From Hyphomonadaceae bacterium (GTDB lineage: Bacteria; Pseudomonadota; Alphaproteobacteria; Caulobacterales; Aquidulcibacteraceae), in contig JAWKUX010000014.1 of assembly GCA_041398325.1 (NCBI GenBank), forward strand, positions 20,596 through 84,595: DNA of 64,000 bases, given 5' to 3'. The translations under genes were made by a program, and so were the position numbers. The notes below the pieces were generated by a model. The model was not told the origin of the DNA. It made no database searches and was given only the letters and a program-made list of their open reading frames with translations. Shown in pieces: positions 38,295 to 50,005 of this stretch (positions are counted from its first letter, which is position 1; each line of letters begins with the position of its first letter).

Positions 38295-39620
38295 ATGACG
38301 AGAAAGCACGTCATCGTTATTGGCGGCGGCTTCTCCGGTGTTGCCGCGGCTGCTGCGGTGGTGCGCCGCGAGAACGCCCCGCGGGTGACGCTGATCGAAC
38401 GCTCGAAGTTTGGCGTCGGTCTGGCCTATCGAACGAGAGATCCCGCGCATTTGCTCAACGTCCGCGCCTCGAACATGAGCGCCTATGCGGACAAGCCGCA
38501 TGACTTTGCTGACTGGCTGAAAGGCAAGACCGGCGCGGAGCCAGACGCATTTGCTTCCCGGAAGCGGTACGGCGCCTACACCCAGAGCGTGCTGAAGCGC
38601 GCTGAACGCCGGGCGTTGTTCAGTGGCTTGAAGCGTGTGCGCGGCGAGGCAGTTGCTTGCCGTGCCGGCTCGGGCTGGTGGCATGTGACGCTCGACTCCG
38701 GGAAGGAGATTGAAGCCAACGGCGTTGTGCTCGCGCTCGGCAATCAGCCGACGGCTATGCCGGCGGTGTTTGCGAATGCCGGCGTGCCGGTGATCGATGC
38801 TTGGGATCAGAAAGCCCTAGATAAGATTAGCCGCGGCGACGTGCTGTTGCTTGGGGCGGGGCTCACTATGATCGACGTGGCGCTGACATTGTCGGCGCGG
38901 ACGAAGACGCAGACAATCTATGCATTGTCGCGCCGGGGGCAGGCGCCGCGAATGCACCTCGATTCACCGAAACCGCCGCCTGCCACGCCGATCGCCTTGC
39001 CGCCAAATCTCAGTGACGCGCTGCATGCTTTCCGCGCGGAAGTCCGCGCCATGGCCGAGCGCGGCGAGCCGTGGCAGCTCGCGGTTGATCGCATGCGCAG
39101 CGCAACGCCAGCGATGTGGCGGGCCCTGCCGCTTGAGGAGCAGCGCCGGTTCTTGCGGCATTTGCGTGTGTGGTGGGACGTTCATCGCCATCGCACAGCG
39201 CCCGAAATTGCCGAACGCGCAGAGGCATTGCGGCGCGAGGGCAAGCTCCGTGTGTTGGCCGGAGAAGTGGCCGCCGTCGAAAAGAAGGGGCGCTCGATTG
39301 AGCTCTATCATCGCCAGCGCGGCAGCTTGGCGCGCCACCGCCTAGAGGTGGCGGCGATCGTCAACTGCACTGGGGCCAAACTCGATCTCACTTGCTCAAG
39401 CGATCCGCTGATCCAGCAAATGCTGACAGAGGGCCTGGCGCGCGCGCATCCGACAGGGCTTGGTCTAGACCTCGACGCTGATGCGCGCGTTCTCGATGCG
39501 CGCGGGAAGGTCCAGGGCAGCCTCTATGCGCTCGGGCCGATCACGGTTGGTTCGTTCTGGGAGTCCACTGCCGTGCCGGAAATCCGCGCTCGCGCCGCCG
39601 CGATTGCGGCGCTGCTGTAA
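38295..39620 (+). CDS. FAD/NAD(P)-binding oxidoreductase (FAD-NAD(P)-binding domain family)
   Basis: VIVIGGGFSG dinucleotide-binding motif. ATG at 38295. Confidence 0.7.
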   Translation: MTRKHVIVIGGGFSGVAAAAAVVRRENAPRVTLIERSKFGVGLAYRTRDPAHLLNVRASNMSAYADKPHDFADWLKGKTGAEPDAFASRKRYGAYTQSVLKRAERRALFSGLKRVRGEAVACRAGSGWWHVTLDSGKEIEANGVVLALGNQPTAMPAVFANAGVPVIDAWDQKALDKISRGDVLLLGAGLTMIDVALTLSARTKTQTIYALSRRGQAPRMHLDSPKPPPATPIALPPNLSDALHAFRAEVRAMAERGEPWQLAVDRMRSATPAMWRALPLEEQRRFLRHLRVWWDVHRHRTAPEIAERAEALRREGKLRVLAGEVAAVEKKGRSIELYHRQRGSLARHRLEVAAIVNCTGAKLDLTCSSDPLIQQMLTEGLARAHPTGLGLDLDADARVLDARGKVQGSLYALGPITVGSFWESTAVPEIRARAAAIAALL

Positions 39621-39638
39621 CGTGGTAACGCTGCGGTC

Positions 39639-40100
39639 ATGAGTGAGGACGTTCCCAATGCTGGCCGCTTCGAAGGCCGCACCCATCACCTGCCGGTGCG
39701 TGTCTACTACGAAGACACCGACTTCAGCGGCATCGTGTACCATGCGAATTATCTGCGCTTCTTCGAGCGCGGGCGGAGCGACTTCCTTCGCGTCGCGGGC
39801 ATTCACCATAACGAACTCGCTGCCGCCGCCGATCCGACGGCGTTTGCTGTCAACAAGATGGAAATCGAGTTCCTGAAGGCGGCGCGGATCGACGATGCGT
39901 TGCTGGTGAAAACCGCCTTCGAAACAATGCGGGGACCTCGCATTTTCATCTCGCAAGCGCTCGAAAAGGCGGGCGAAATACTGGTGACGGCGAAGGTCCA
40001 GGTCTGTTGCATATCGCTCACGGGACGGGCCAAGAAGCCGCCAGCGGTGCTTTTGGAACGGCTTAAACCATTTCTAGAGCCCTCCGCGTCCAGCTTTTGA
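39639..40100 (+). CDS. ybgC: Tol-Pal-associated acyl-CoA thioesterase YbgC (4HBT)
   Basis: YYEDTDFSGIVYHANYLRFFERGR hot-dog fold motif. Position immediately 5' of tolQ. Confidence 0.85.
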   Translation: MSEDVPNAGRFEGRTHHLPVRVYYEDTDFSGIVYHANYLRFFERGRSDFLRVAGIHHNELAAAADPTAFAVNKMEIEFLKAARIDDALLVKTAFETMRGPRIFISQALEKAGEILVTAKVQVCCISLTGRAKKPPAVLLERLKPFLEPSASSF

Positions 40101-40170
40101 CAAACTCATACGGCTCTAAACCGTGTGGGGAACGCGGCTGAAACGACACGCCGCGCAAGCGGGAGCGAGC

Positions 40171-40860
40171 ATGGAATCCGCAGCAGAGCAGATCACAGTT
40201 TGGACGCTGTTCCTTCAGGCCGATCCGGTCGTGAAGGGCGTCATGCTGATCCTGGCGGTGGCCTCGATCTGGTCGTGGGCTATCGCGGTCGATAAGTGGC
40301 TGCAGTTCGGCGAACTCGAACAGAACGCGCGCAAGTTCGAGCGCGAGTTCTGGTCCGGTCGTTCGCTCGACGAGATGGAAGAGCGCGGCGGCGATCGTCC
40401 GCGCGACGCGCTCGCGCGTGTCTATGCCGCGGCCTCGCGCGAATGGCGCGAAGCACGTCGCACAGGCACGGGCGGCGACAACGCGCAGCTTATGCTCGAT
40501 CGCGTCGATCGATTGATGCAAGCGCAGATCTCGCGCGAGCTTGGCCGCGCCTCGCGAAATTTGGGCGTGCTCGCCTCCGTCGGCGCTTCGGCGCCGTTCA
40601 TCGGCCTCTTCGGCACGGTGTGGGGCATCATGAATGCCTTCACCAACATCGCCGCTCAACAGCAAACCAATCTCGCTGTCGTCGCGCCCGGCATCGCCGA
40701 GGCGCTCTTCGCGACGGCGCTTGGCTTGGTCGCTGCTATCCCGGCGGTCATCTTCTACAACAAGTTCACTGGCGACCTTGATCGCTTCGGCGATCGCCTG
40801 GACACCTTCAGCGATGAAGTCGCCGCGCGGCTCTCGCGCCGCTTGAGCGAGCGCGGCTGA
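40171..40860 (+). CDS. tolQ: Tol-Pal system protein TolQ (MotA/TolQ/ExbB channel)
   Basis: ATG at 40171 with GGGAG RBS. Three TM helices. Operon context. Confidence 0.9.
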   Translation: MESAAEQITVWTLFLQADPVVKGVMLILAVASIWSWAIAVDKWLQFGELEQNARKFEREFWSGRSLDEMEERGGDRPRDALARVYAAASREWREARRTGTGGDNAQLMLDRVDRLMQAQISRELGRASRNLGVLASVGASAPFIGLFGTVWGIMNAFTNIAAQQQTNLAVVAPGIAEALFATALGLVAAIPAVIFYNKFTGDLDRFGDRLDTFSDEVAARLSRRLSERG

Positions 40861-41339
40861 TGGCCGGAGGCATGGCTGCTTCCTCAAAGCGCGGCGGACG
40901 CGGACGTAGAGGCGCCCGCAAATCGCGGCTGAGTGAAATCAACGTCACGCCGTTCGTGGACGTGATGTTGGTGCTGCTGATCGTGTTCATGGTCACTGCG
41001 CCGTTGTTGACGGTCAGCATCCCGATCGAGCTCCCGCGTACGGACGCAAAGCAATCTCCGTCGGAGACCGAGCCGCTTTCCATCACTGTGCTTGCTGATG
41101 GCTCGGTGTTCCTGCAGGAAACAAAGGTCGAAATCGAAGAATTGGTGCCGCGTCTGCGCGCCATCTCTCGGGAAGGCTACGACCGCAGCATCTACATCCG
41201 GGGCGACGCTAACGCCAATTATGGCGTCATGGCGGATGTCCTGGCGCGCGTGAGCTCGGGCGGTTTTCGCAAAATTCAACTGGTCACCGATACGCGCGAG
41301 GGGCCGCGCAGGTCTGACACTCAACGGCGCGAGCAGTAG
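40860..41339 (+). CDS. tolR: Tol-Pal system protein TolR (ExbD/TolR)
   Basis: INVTPFVDVMLVLLIVFMVTAP TM helix. ATGA-type overlap with tolQ. Confidence 0.9.
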   Translation: MAGGMAASSKRGGRGRRGARKSRLSEINVTPFVDVMLVLLIVFMVTAPLLTVSIPIELPRTDAKQSPSETEPLSITVLADGSVFLQETKVEIEELVPRLRAISREGYDRSIYIRGDANANYGVMADVLARVSSGGFRKIQLVTDTREGPRRSDTQRREQ

Positions 41340-42059
41340 ATGCGCGCCGGGGTCGCCGTTTCCATCGTAGGGCATATCGGCTTCGTCATGCTGACGATGT
41401 TGGCCTGGGAAACGCGAACCACGCTCGCGCCGACGATCGGCTCGATCGTACCGATCGAGATCGTCGATGTCGCCGACGAGTCAAACGTGCGTGCGCTGGC
41501 GATTGAGGCGCCGGACGAAGATCCCGCACCTTCCGAAGAAACGCCTTCGGAGGAGGTGTCAGAACCCACGCCGGCGCCAGAGCCGACGCCGACGCGCCAA
41601 CGTCAGAACAATGACAGCTTCGATCTGGCGGCCGTGTCTGGTCTCTTGGACAAGCAGCGTGAACCTGGCCGCGAGCGCAACGAAGGGCAGCGTTCGGATC
41701 GCAATCAGCGCGGGGCAGGGCTCGGCACCGAACAGCGCGTGGCGATGGAAGATCGTGTGCGCACTTTGACACAGCGCCACTTGCAGCGCTGCTGGCGGAT
41801 GCCGCTGGACCAACCTGATCCTGAGCGTCTCATCGTCGTCCTTGAGTTTGATCTCGATCGCAACGGCAACCTTCGCGGTCCGCCACGCGTTATCAGCCCC
41901 ACGAACTACACCTTCGATCCACCGATGCGTGTCGCCGTCGAGAGCGCGCAGCGGGCGGTGACCACCTGCGATCCCTATCCGTTCCCAACCGATCCGGTTG
42001 TCGGCGAGCACTACGACACCTGGGCCCGGCTCCGTTTCAGATTTATCCCACGCACCTGA
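41340..42059 (+). CDS. tolA: Cell envelope integrity protein TolA
   Basis: N-terminal TM helix, Pro/Glu-rich linker and a C-terminal TolA-like domain. Operon position. Confidence 0.7.
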   Translation: MRAGVAVSIVGHIGFVMLTMLAWETRTTLAPTIGSIVPIEIVDVADESNVRALAIEAPDEDPAPSEETPSEEVSEPTPAPEPTPTRQRQNNDSFDLAAVSGLLDKQREPGRERNEGQRSDRNQRGAGLGTEQRVAMEDRVRTLTQRHLQRCWRMPLDQPDPERLIVVLEFDLDRNGNLRGPPRVISPTNYTFDPPMRVAVESAQRAVTTCDPYPFPTDPVVGEHYDTWARLRFRFIPRT

Positions 42060-42080
42060 GCACCCAGAGGCAAGAAGCCC

Positions 42081-43412
42081 ATGCGCCTGATGAAATCCTT
42101 CCTCGCCACTTTGGCAGCTCTGCTCGCCGTAGCTTTCGTCGCGACGCCAAGCGTCGCACAGCAGCCTGATCGCGTGCAGGTCGACATCGAGCAGGGTCAC
42201 CTAAACCCGATGCCAATCGCCGTGATCGACTTTCTGGGCGATAGCGCTGCAGCCCAGCAGATTGGCCGCGACATCTCTGGCGTTATCCGCGCTGACCTTG
42301 ATCGCTCAGGCCTCTTCAGGCCGATCGGAACCGATGCGTTCATCGAGCGCATTGAGGCGATGAACATCACGCCGCGCTTTGCCGATTGGAAGATTATCGA
42401 TGCGCAAGCGCTGGGCGTCGGCGAAGTGTTGCCGCAACCCGACGGCCGTATCCTTGTGCGCTTCACGCTGTGGGATGTTTTCGGCGAGCGTCAGATGACG
42501 GCGATCGCGGTGCCGCCGCGCACGCCCGATGGCTGGCGTCGTATTGCTCACCGCATCGCGGATGAAATCTACCAGCAGCTGACAGGTGAGCGCGGTTACT
42601 TCGACACGCAGATTCTGTTCGTCTCAGAGAGCGGCCCACGCACGCGCCGCATCAAGCGCCTGATGATCATGGATCAGGACGGCGCCAATCCGAGCTTCCT
42701 CACCAGCCCGGATGCGATGGTGCTGACGCCGCGCTTTGCGCCGAACACCCGCGTGCTCACCTACATGAGCTACGAGACCGGCGCGCCGCGTGTCTTCCTC
42801 TACAACCTCGCCACAAACCGCCGCGAAGTGCTGGGCGATTTTCCGGGCATGACGTTCGCGCCGCGCTTCCGGCCGGACGGCAATGGCATCGTGTTCACGC
42901 TCGACATGAATGGAAACTCCGAAATCTTCGCGATGGATCTCGGCACCCGGGCGCGCCAGCGGCTGACCAATCATCCCTCGATCGACACCTCTCCCAGCTA
43001 TTCGCCAGACGGTTCCCAGATCGTGTTCAACTCGGATCGCGGCGGCTCTCCGCAGCTCTACGTGATGGCCGCGAACGGTTCGGGCCAGCGCCGCATCAGT
43101 TTCGGCGAAGGCCGCTACTCGACGCCGGTGTGGTCGCCGCGCGGCGATCTCATCGCCTTCACGCGCCAAAACGGCAGCCGCTTCGCGATCGGCGTGATGC
43201 GACCTGACGGGACGGGTGAACGCATTTTAACCGAGAGCTATCTTGATGAATCTCCGACGTGGTCGCCGAATGGACGTGTCATCATGTTCTTCCGAGAGGG
43301 CCGAGGTGAAGGTCCACAACTTTGGTCTGTTGACCTTACCGGGCGAAATTTGCGCCGGATCCCAACGCAAACTGATGCCTCAGACCCGGCTTGGTCGCCC
43401 TTGCTGCCATGA
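42081..43412 (+). CDS. tolB: Tol-Pal system beta-propeller protein TolB
   Basis: Signal peptide and WD40-like beta-propeller repeats (SP..DG..I.F.S.R). Confidence 0.9.
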   Translation: MRLMKSFLATLAALLAVAFVATPSVAQQPDRVQVDIEQGHLNPMPIAVIDFLGDSAAAQQIGRDISGVIRADLDRSGLFRPIGTDAFIERIEAMNITPRFADWKIIDAQALGVGEVLPQPDGRILVRFTLWDVFGERQMTAIAVPPRTPDGWRRIAHRIADEIYQQLTGERGYFDTQILFVSESGPRTRRIKRLMIMDQDGANPSFLTSPDAMVLTPRFAPNTRVLTYMSYETGAPRVFLYNLATNRREVLGDFPGMTFAPRFRPDGNGIVFTLDMNGNSEIFAMDLGTRARQRLTNHPSIDTSPSYSPDGSQIVFNSDRGGSPQLYVMAANGSGQRRISFGEGRYSTPVWSPRGDLIAFTRQNGSRFAIGVMRPDGTGERILTESYLDESPTWSPNGRVIMFFREGRGEGPQLWSVDLTGRNLRRIPTQTDASDPAWSPLLP

Positions 43413-43517
43413 CGGGAACACGATTGTAGGCTAGGAACCTGCTCTGTAAGCTCTGCATTGTTGTACCGGGGGTACGGCGAACGCCGAATGCGCCGCTTCT
43501 AGGGGAGAATTGTCCTA

Positions 43518-44018
43518 ATGCGTAACACCATCCTTGCACTGGCCGCCGTGGCCTCGCTGGCCGCTTGCGCGAGCCGTCCTGAGCCGACGCCGACCGGTCC
43601 GACTGGCCCGACGACGCCGCCTGTCACCACGCCGCAAGGCCCGGCGCCTGGTTCGGTTGAAGATTTCCGCGTATCCGTCGGTGACCGCGTGTTCTTCGGT
43701 TACGATCGCTTTGATCTCTCGGCGGAAGCCCGCTCGGTGCTTGAGCGCCAAGCTGCATGGCTGCGTCAGTATCCGAACGTCCGCATTCTCGTGGCCGGCA
43801 ATTGCGATGAACGCGGCACCCGCGAATACAACCTCGCGCTCGGCGCCCGCCGCGCTGCGGCTGCGCGCGATTACCTCGTGTCGCTCGGCGTCAACGCCAG
43901 CCGCGTCGAAACCGTCTCGTACGGCAAGGAGCGCCCGCTCGACGCCCGCGCCAACGAAGAGGCGTGGAGCGTGAACCGGAACGCACACACCAACATCGTG
44001 AGCGGCGCTGTCTCGTAA
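43518..44018 (+). CDS. pal: Peptidoglycan-associated lipoprotein Pal (OmpA family)
   Basis: Lipobox LAACAS. OmpA-like domain (NCDERGTREYNLALGARRA). Confidence 0.9.
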   Translation: MRNTILALAAVASLAACASRPEPTPTGPTGPTTPPVTTPQGPAPGSVEDFRVSVGDRVFFGYDRFDLSAEARSVLERQAAWLRQYPNVRILVAGNCDERGTREYNLALGARRAAAARDYLVSLGVNASRVETVSYGKERPLDARANEEAWSVNRNAHTNIVSGAVS

Positions 44019-44060
44019 GCGTCAAAATTTGGCCCGAGCGAGTGGACTAGGAAGATTCCC

Positions 44061-44924
44061 ATGACCAAACGTTCGGCCTCTCATCAGGCAACAACCCGGC
44101 TCGCGGCGTTTCTCGCTGCGGCCGGGTTTCTTTTCTCCGCGCCAGCTTTGGCGCAAACGCAATTGCCGCCTCCTGTGCAATATGGCGGCGCCGATGCGCG
44201 GCAGGATCGCATTGAGGAGCTGCAGCAGCAGCTCACCGAAGCGACCGCCGAGAACGAGCGGCTGCAGTACGAACTCAATCAGCGTGACCGCGAGATCCAA
44301 CGTCTGCGTACGATGGTGGGCGAGCTTGCTGGTGTGAACCAGCAACTCTCATCGCCGCCGGCCGATGGCGCGGCTCAACCCGCCCCAAGTGGCCAGCGCA
44401 GCGACAACGGCCCAGCGCCATCGAGCTTAAGCCCATCGCAGCAGGCCAACACCGGCACGTTGGGCACGATACCCGCCGCGGCAGCGACTGCAGCGCCGGA
44501 AACGGCGGCGCCGACCGCGGATGAACTCTACGCTCGCGCCCAGGGCTTCCTCTCCGCTGGCCGTTATCCCGACGCTGAAGTCGCGTTTTCTGAATTCCTC
44601 GAGCGCTATCCGAATGTAGTGCAGACACCGAACGCGCGCTTCTGGTATGCGTTCACTTTGTTGGCGCGAAACAATTATCCCGATGCCGCGCAGAGTTTTA
44701 CTCAGTACCTGCAGCGTACGCCGCAAGGCCCGCGTGCGCCCGAAGCGCAAGTGCGTCTCGGCATGGCGCTCGCTGGGATGGCGCGTGACGGCAACAACGA
44801 CGCGGCCGAGCTGCGTCAAGCTTGCGGCGCGTTCTCTTCGCTTGCCTCGCGCTATCCCAACGCCCCGCGCAACGTCCGCGACCTCGCTGTCCGCGAAGCC
44901 CGCGCCGCGAACTGCGCCAGCTAA
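44061..44924 (+). CDS. cpoB: Tol-Pal system protein YbgF/CpoB (TPR)
   Basis: Signal peptide, coiled-coil (ERLQYELNQRDREIQRL) and a C-terminal TPR. Operon position. Confidence 0.8.
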   Translation: MTKRSASHQATTRLAAFLAAAGFLFSAPALAQTQLPPPVQYGGADARQDRIEELQQQLTEATAENERLQYELNQRDREIQRLRTMVGELAGVNQQLSSPPADGAAQPAPSGQRSDNGPAPSSLSPSQQANTGTLGTIPAAAATAAPETAAPTADELYARAQGFLSAGRYPDAEVAFSEFLERYPNVVQTPNARFWYAFTLLARNNYPDAAQSFTQYLQRTPQGPRAPEAQVRLGMALAGMARDGNNDAAELRQACGAFSSLASRYPNAPRNVRDLAVREARAANCAS

Positions 44925-44933
44925 GATGCCATC

Positions 44934-46169
44934 ATGCTCGATCGGCTGACGATCGAGCGCATGATGGCGTGGACCGGCGGTAAGCCGGTCCTTGTTGCGC
45001 TATCGGGCGGCGGCGATTCCGTTGCGCTGCTTCACCTCTTGAATGCCGAACTCGGTGCGGCGCGATTGCGCGCCGTCGTCGTGGATCATGCGCTGCGCTA
45101 TGGCTCTGCTGATGACGCGAAACGCGCCGCCGGCTTCGCTGAAGCCCTCGATGTCGGCGTCGAAATTCTCACCCTGACCTGGGAGGAGGGGGCAAATCGC
45201 GCGCAGCAAGCCGCGCGTCAGGCGCGGTACAAGGCGATCTGCGAATTCGCCCGCGCCGAAGACCTGAACACGGTCGCCACCGCGCACACAGCCGATGATC
45301 AAGCTGAAACGGTGATCATGCGCGCAGCCAACGGTTCGACTTGGCGTGGGTTGGGTGGGATTGCGCCCTTGGCCTTTGCGCCGCTGTGGCCGGAGGGGCT
45401 GGGCATCGCGCTGGCCCGCCCGCTGCTTGGGACGCGGCGCGAAGAGCTCCGGACCTATCTTCGTGATCGACGTGCGGCGTGGATCGAGGATCCAGCCAAC
45501 CTCAATTCGCGCTTCGAGCGCGTTCGTGTTCGCCAGCGTTTGGCTGAGTTGGAAGCTGATGGCCTTGATCCTTCGCGATTGGTGCGCGTGGCCAAGCGTC
45601 TGCGCGCGCGCGGCGACGCGCTCGACACAGCCGCGCGTGAGTTGATTGCCCACGCCGTTGCGTTTGATCCCGAACCCGAGATCCGCCGCGATGCTTGGCA
45701 TGCGCCGGCTGAGGTTCGCTGCCGCGCTCTCTCGGCGCTCATCACCGCCGCTGCCGGCGCGTCGCGCGAACCGGCATGGACGGAGATGAAGCGCATCGAG
45801 CAGCGCGTGATGTGCCCCGAGCATCGCGGTTCCACCCACGCAGGGGTCGATTTCACCGTAGCAAGGGGTGGTGTCACGCTGCTGCGCGAACTGGGCGCTG
45901 TCGTGGGGCGCTCCGATGGCGCCCCGCCGCTTGCGCCGCTGGCGCTGCCGGAAGGTGAGGAGGTGATTTGGGACGGCCGCGTCGCGATCACGGCGCTGGA
46001 GCCCGGCTGGCGCGCAGTACCGGCGCGAAGCCGCCACCGCCTCGCGTTTGAAAGCGACCAAGCCCGCTTGTCCTACAAGCAATCGAAAGAGCGCTTTCGA
46101 TTGAGGTTTTTGGCGCCACAGCGTGTCGCGCATGCGTTCGCGCCGGATATTAACCGTGCGAAACCATGA
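44934..46169 (+). CDS. tilS: tRNA(Ile)-lysidine synthetase
   Basis: PP-loop VALSGGGDS. Conserved position between tol-pal and ftsH. Confidence 0.85.
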   Translation: MLDRLTIERMMAWTGGKPVLVALSGGGDSVALLHLLNAELGAARLRAVVVDHALRYGSADDAKRAAGFAEALDVGVEILTLTWEEGANRAQQAARQARYKAICEFARAEDLNTVATAHTADDQAETVIMRAANGSTWRGLGGIAPLAFAPLWPEGLGIALARPLLGTRREELRTYLRDRRAAWIEDPANLNSRFERVRVRQRLAELEADGLDPSRLVRVAKRLRARGDALDTAARELIAHAVAFDPEPEIRRDAWHAPAEVRCRALSALITAAAGASREPAWTEMKRIEQRVMCPEHRGSTHAGVDFTVARGGVTLLRELGAVVGRSDGAPPLAPLALPEGEEVIWDGRVAITALEPGWRAVPARSRHRLAFESDQARLSYKQSKERFRLRFLAPQRVAHAFAPDINRAKP

Positions 46170-46321
46170 TTTTCGCGGCATTGCTCCACGAAACGTTCAC
46201 CCGCCCTTGACGCGCCTGATGGCAGTAAGGGGTGTTCAGCGGCGGGCGCGGTCCCTATCTTGCTGAAGAGATTATTACCGCGTCCGGGGCGGACCGCGGA
46301 CCAGAAGGTCGGATCAAAAGA

Positions 46322-48250
<1,929 letters not shown>

Positions 48251-48261
48251 CAACACACGAA

Positions 48262-48292
48262 CCGGCGGCCCAAGGGTCGCCGGTTTTGTTTC
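48262..48292 (+). terminator. Rho-independent terminator after ftsH
   Basis: ccggcggcc-caag-ggtcgccgg hairpin followed by ttttgtttc. Confidence 0.65.
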
Positions 48293-48335
48293 GAGCTTTG
48301 TGCTGTGGTACGCCGTCGAACAGCGGGAGGCGCAC

Positions 48336-48710
48336 ATGCTCGGATCAGCGACCGTCACGGCTTTGGTGGGCACCATGAAGCCGGAGATATCGAAGGCGTT
48401 CTACGGCGACACGCTCGGGCTCAAGTTCATCAGCGACGACGGCTTCGCGCTCGTGTTCGAAGGCAAGAACGCGCGGGTGCGTGTCTCGCGCGTGCCGGGC
48501 GTGACGCCGGCGGCCTACGCGGTGCTCGCTTTCGAGGTTGATGACATCGAGAAGACCGTGGACGGGCTGACGGCCAAGGGCGTCGTCTTCGCCCGCTTCG
48601 GCTTCTTCGTGCAGGACGCCAAGGGCATCTGGAGCGCCCCCGACGGCACGAAGGTCGCTTGGTTCCACGACCCGGACCTGAACCTTCTATCGGTTGTCCA
48701 ACACGCATGA
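48336..48710 (+). CDS. VOC family (glyoxalase/bleomycin-resistance fold) protein
   Basis: 124 aa. GGGAGG RBS. Confidence 0.7.
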   Translation: MLGSATVTALVGTMKPEISKAFYGDTLGLKFISDDGFALVFEGKNARVRVSRVPGVTPAAYAVLAFEVDDIEKTVDGLTAKGVVFARFGFFVQDAKGIWSAPDGTKVAWFHDPDLNLLSVVQHA

Positions 48711-49195
48711 TCCTCCGCGACGCAACGCGGGGTGATGTTGGCTTCATCATGCACACCGAGCGCTTGCCAGGCTACGAGACGGTCGTCGGGCGGTGGAGCG
48801 CCAGTGAACACGAGGCTGAAATGGCGAAGGCCGATAGCCGCTACCTTATCGCGGAGGATGAGGGCGAGCGGGTTGCATTTGCTATTCTGCAAACACTCGA
48901 TGACCCGGGCGGCAACATCTATTTGAAGCGCCTTGCGGTCGCTCGCCAGCGTCAGCGCATTGGGACACGGGCGATGCTGCTGTTGCAGGATTGGGTTTTC
49001 GGTCGGCCTGACACCCATCGCTTCCACCTGCATTTTTCTGCGCAGAACGAACCTGGGCGGTGCCTCTACAACAACACCGGATTTCAGCCTGAAGGCATTG
49101 AGCGGGAAGCGTACAGGTTGGCGGACGGTACGCGGGTGGACAGCGTTCGGGTGTCCATCCTGAGGGCGGAATGGGAGATATCCAGGGTCGTGTGA
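48707..49195 (+). CDS. GNAT family N-acetyltransferase
   Basis: ATGA overlap with the VOC gene. Acetyltransferase core (RLAVARQRQRIGTRAM). Confidence 0.75.
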   Translation: MILRDATRGDVGFIMHTERLPGYETVVGRWSASEHEAEMAKADSRYLIAEDEGERVAFAILQTLDDPGGNIYLKRLAVARQRQRIGTRAMLLLQDWVFGRPDTHRFHLHFSAQNEPGRCLYNNTGFQPEGIEREAYRLADGTRVDSVRVSILRAEWEISRVV

Positions 49196-49357
49196 CGGTT
49201 CGCCCCTTGGCGGGGCGGGGGCGGATCAGCTAGAGCCGGGGCTTAGGTTTCGAATCCGGGGAAGTTCATGGCCGCGCTCATTGCCATCGGCATTTTCATC
49301 GTGGCGATTTTCGTTCTGAATACGATTGAGTTCGGGCGTCCAGACTAATCTGGCGGA

Positions 49358-50005
49358 CTAATCGCGCTTCAGGAGCGCGCCGACGTATTGAGCGCCGCTC
49401 ACCAGCGCCAACGCCGCCGCCGTCCACAACAGGATGCGCGCCGCCCAATCAAGGCCAACGCCTATACTGCCCGGGATTCCGAAGGCGGACTCGAGCAACG
49501 CCACGGATTGAAACGCCAGGAACGCGCCGACGCCCGCCATCTCGGTTGCCGCTTTCCACTTTCCAAGTTGGCTCACCGGTAGTGACTTGCCTCGGGCCGA
49601 GAGGCCTTCGCGCAATCCCGCGACCGCCACGTCGCGGCCGAGGATCAACACCGCCGCCGCCACCAGCATCATCGGCAGCGCAGCATATGCGAGCGCAACA
49701 AGCACACACGTGATCAGAACTTTGTCGGCCGCATGATCGAGCGCGGCGCCGAGCGGCGTTACGGCATTCCATTTGCGCGCCAGATAGCCGTCGAGCCAAT
49801 CGGTCGACGCGGCGAGCAGGAAGAGGATGAGCGCCAGCGCGTAGATGAAGCCTGAGAGCAGTGGGTCGCTATGCAGATCGTTGGAAGCCCATAGAACCAG
49901 TGCAGCAATTGCCGGCCCCATCGCGATGCGAAACACAGTAAGCAGCGTCGGGATCGCGCTCGGCTTCGTGGGTGTCTCAACGCTTGTTGTCGTGGAAGAA
50001 GTCAT
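49358..50005 (-). CDS. pgsA: CDP-diacylglycerol--glycerol-3-phosphate 3-phosphatidyltransferase
   Basis: CDP-alcohol phosphatidyltransferase motif [28 protein letters not shown]. Internal ATG start. Overlaps the uvrC 3' end by ~29 nt. Confidence 0.85.
   Translation of the reverse strand: MTSSTTTSVETPTKPSAIPTLLTVFRIAMGPAIAALVLWASNDLHSDPLLSGFIYALALILFLLAASTDWLDGYLARKWNAVTPLGAALDHAADKVLITCVLVALAYAALPMMLVAAAVLILGRDVAVAGLREGLSARGKSLPVSQLGKWKAATEMAGVGAFLAFQSVALLESAFGIPGSIGVGLDWAARILLWTAAALALVSGAQYVGALLKRD

Noticed and set aside
49221-49250. tRNA-like T-loop sequence (ggtttcgaatcc)
   Set aside because: Flanking bases do not form a T-stem or acceptor stem, and no D-arm or anticodon arm could be built. 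No tRNA was found in the window.
49977-50005. Overlap of pgsA start with uvrC 3' end as something unusual
   Set aside because: A uvrC-pgsA overlap of a few codons is a common conserved operon arrangement.
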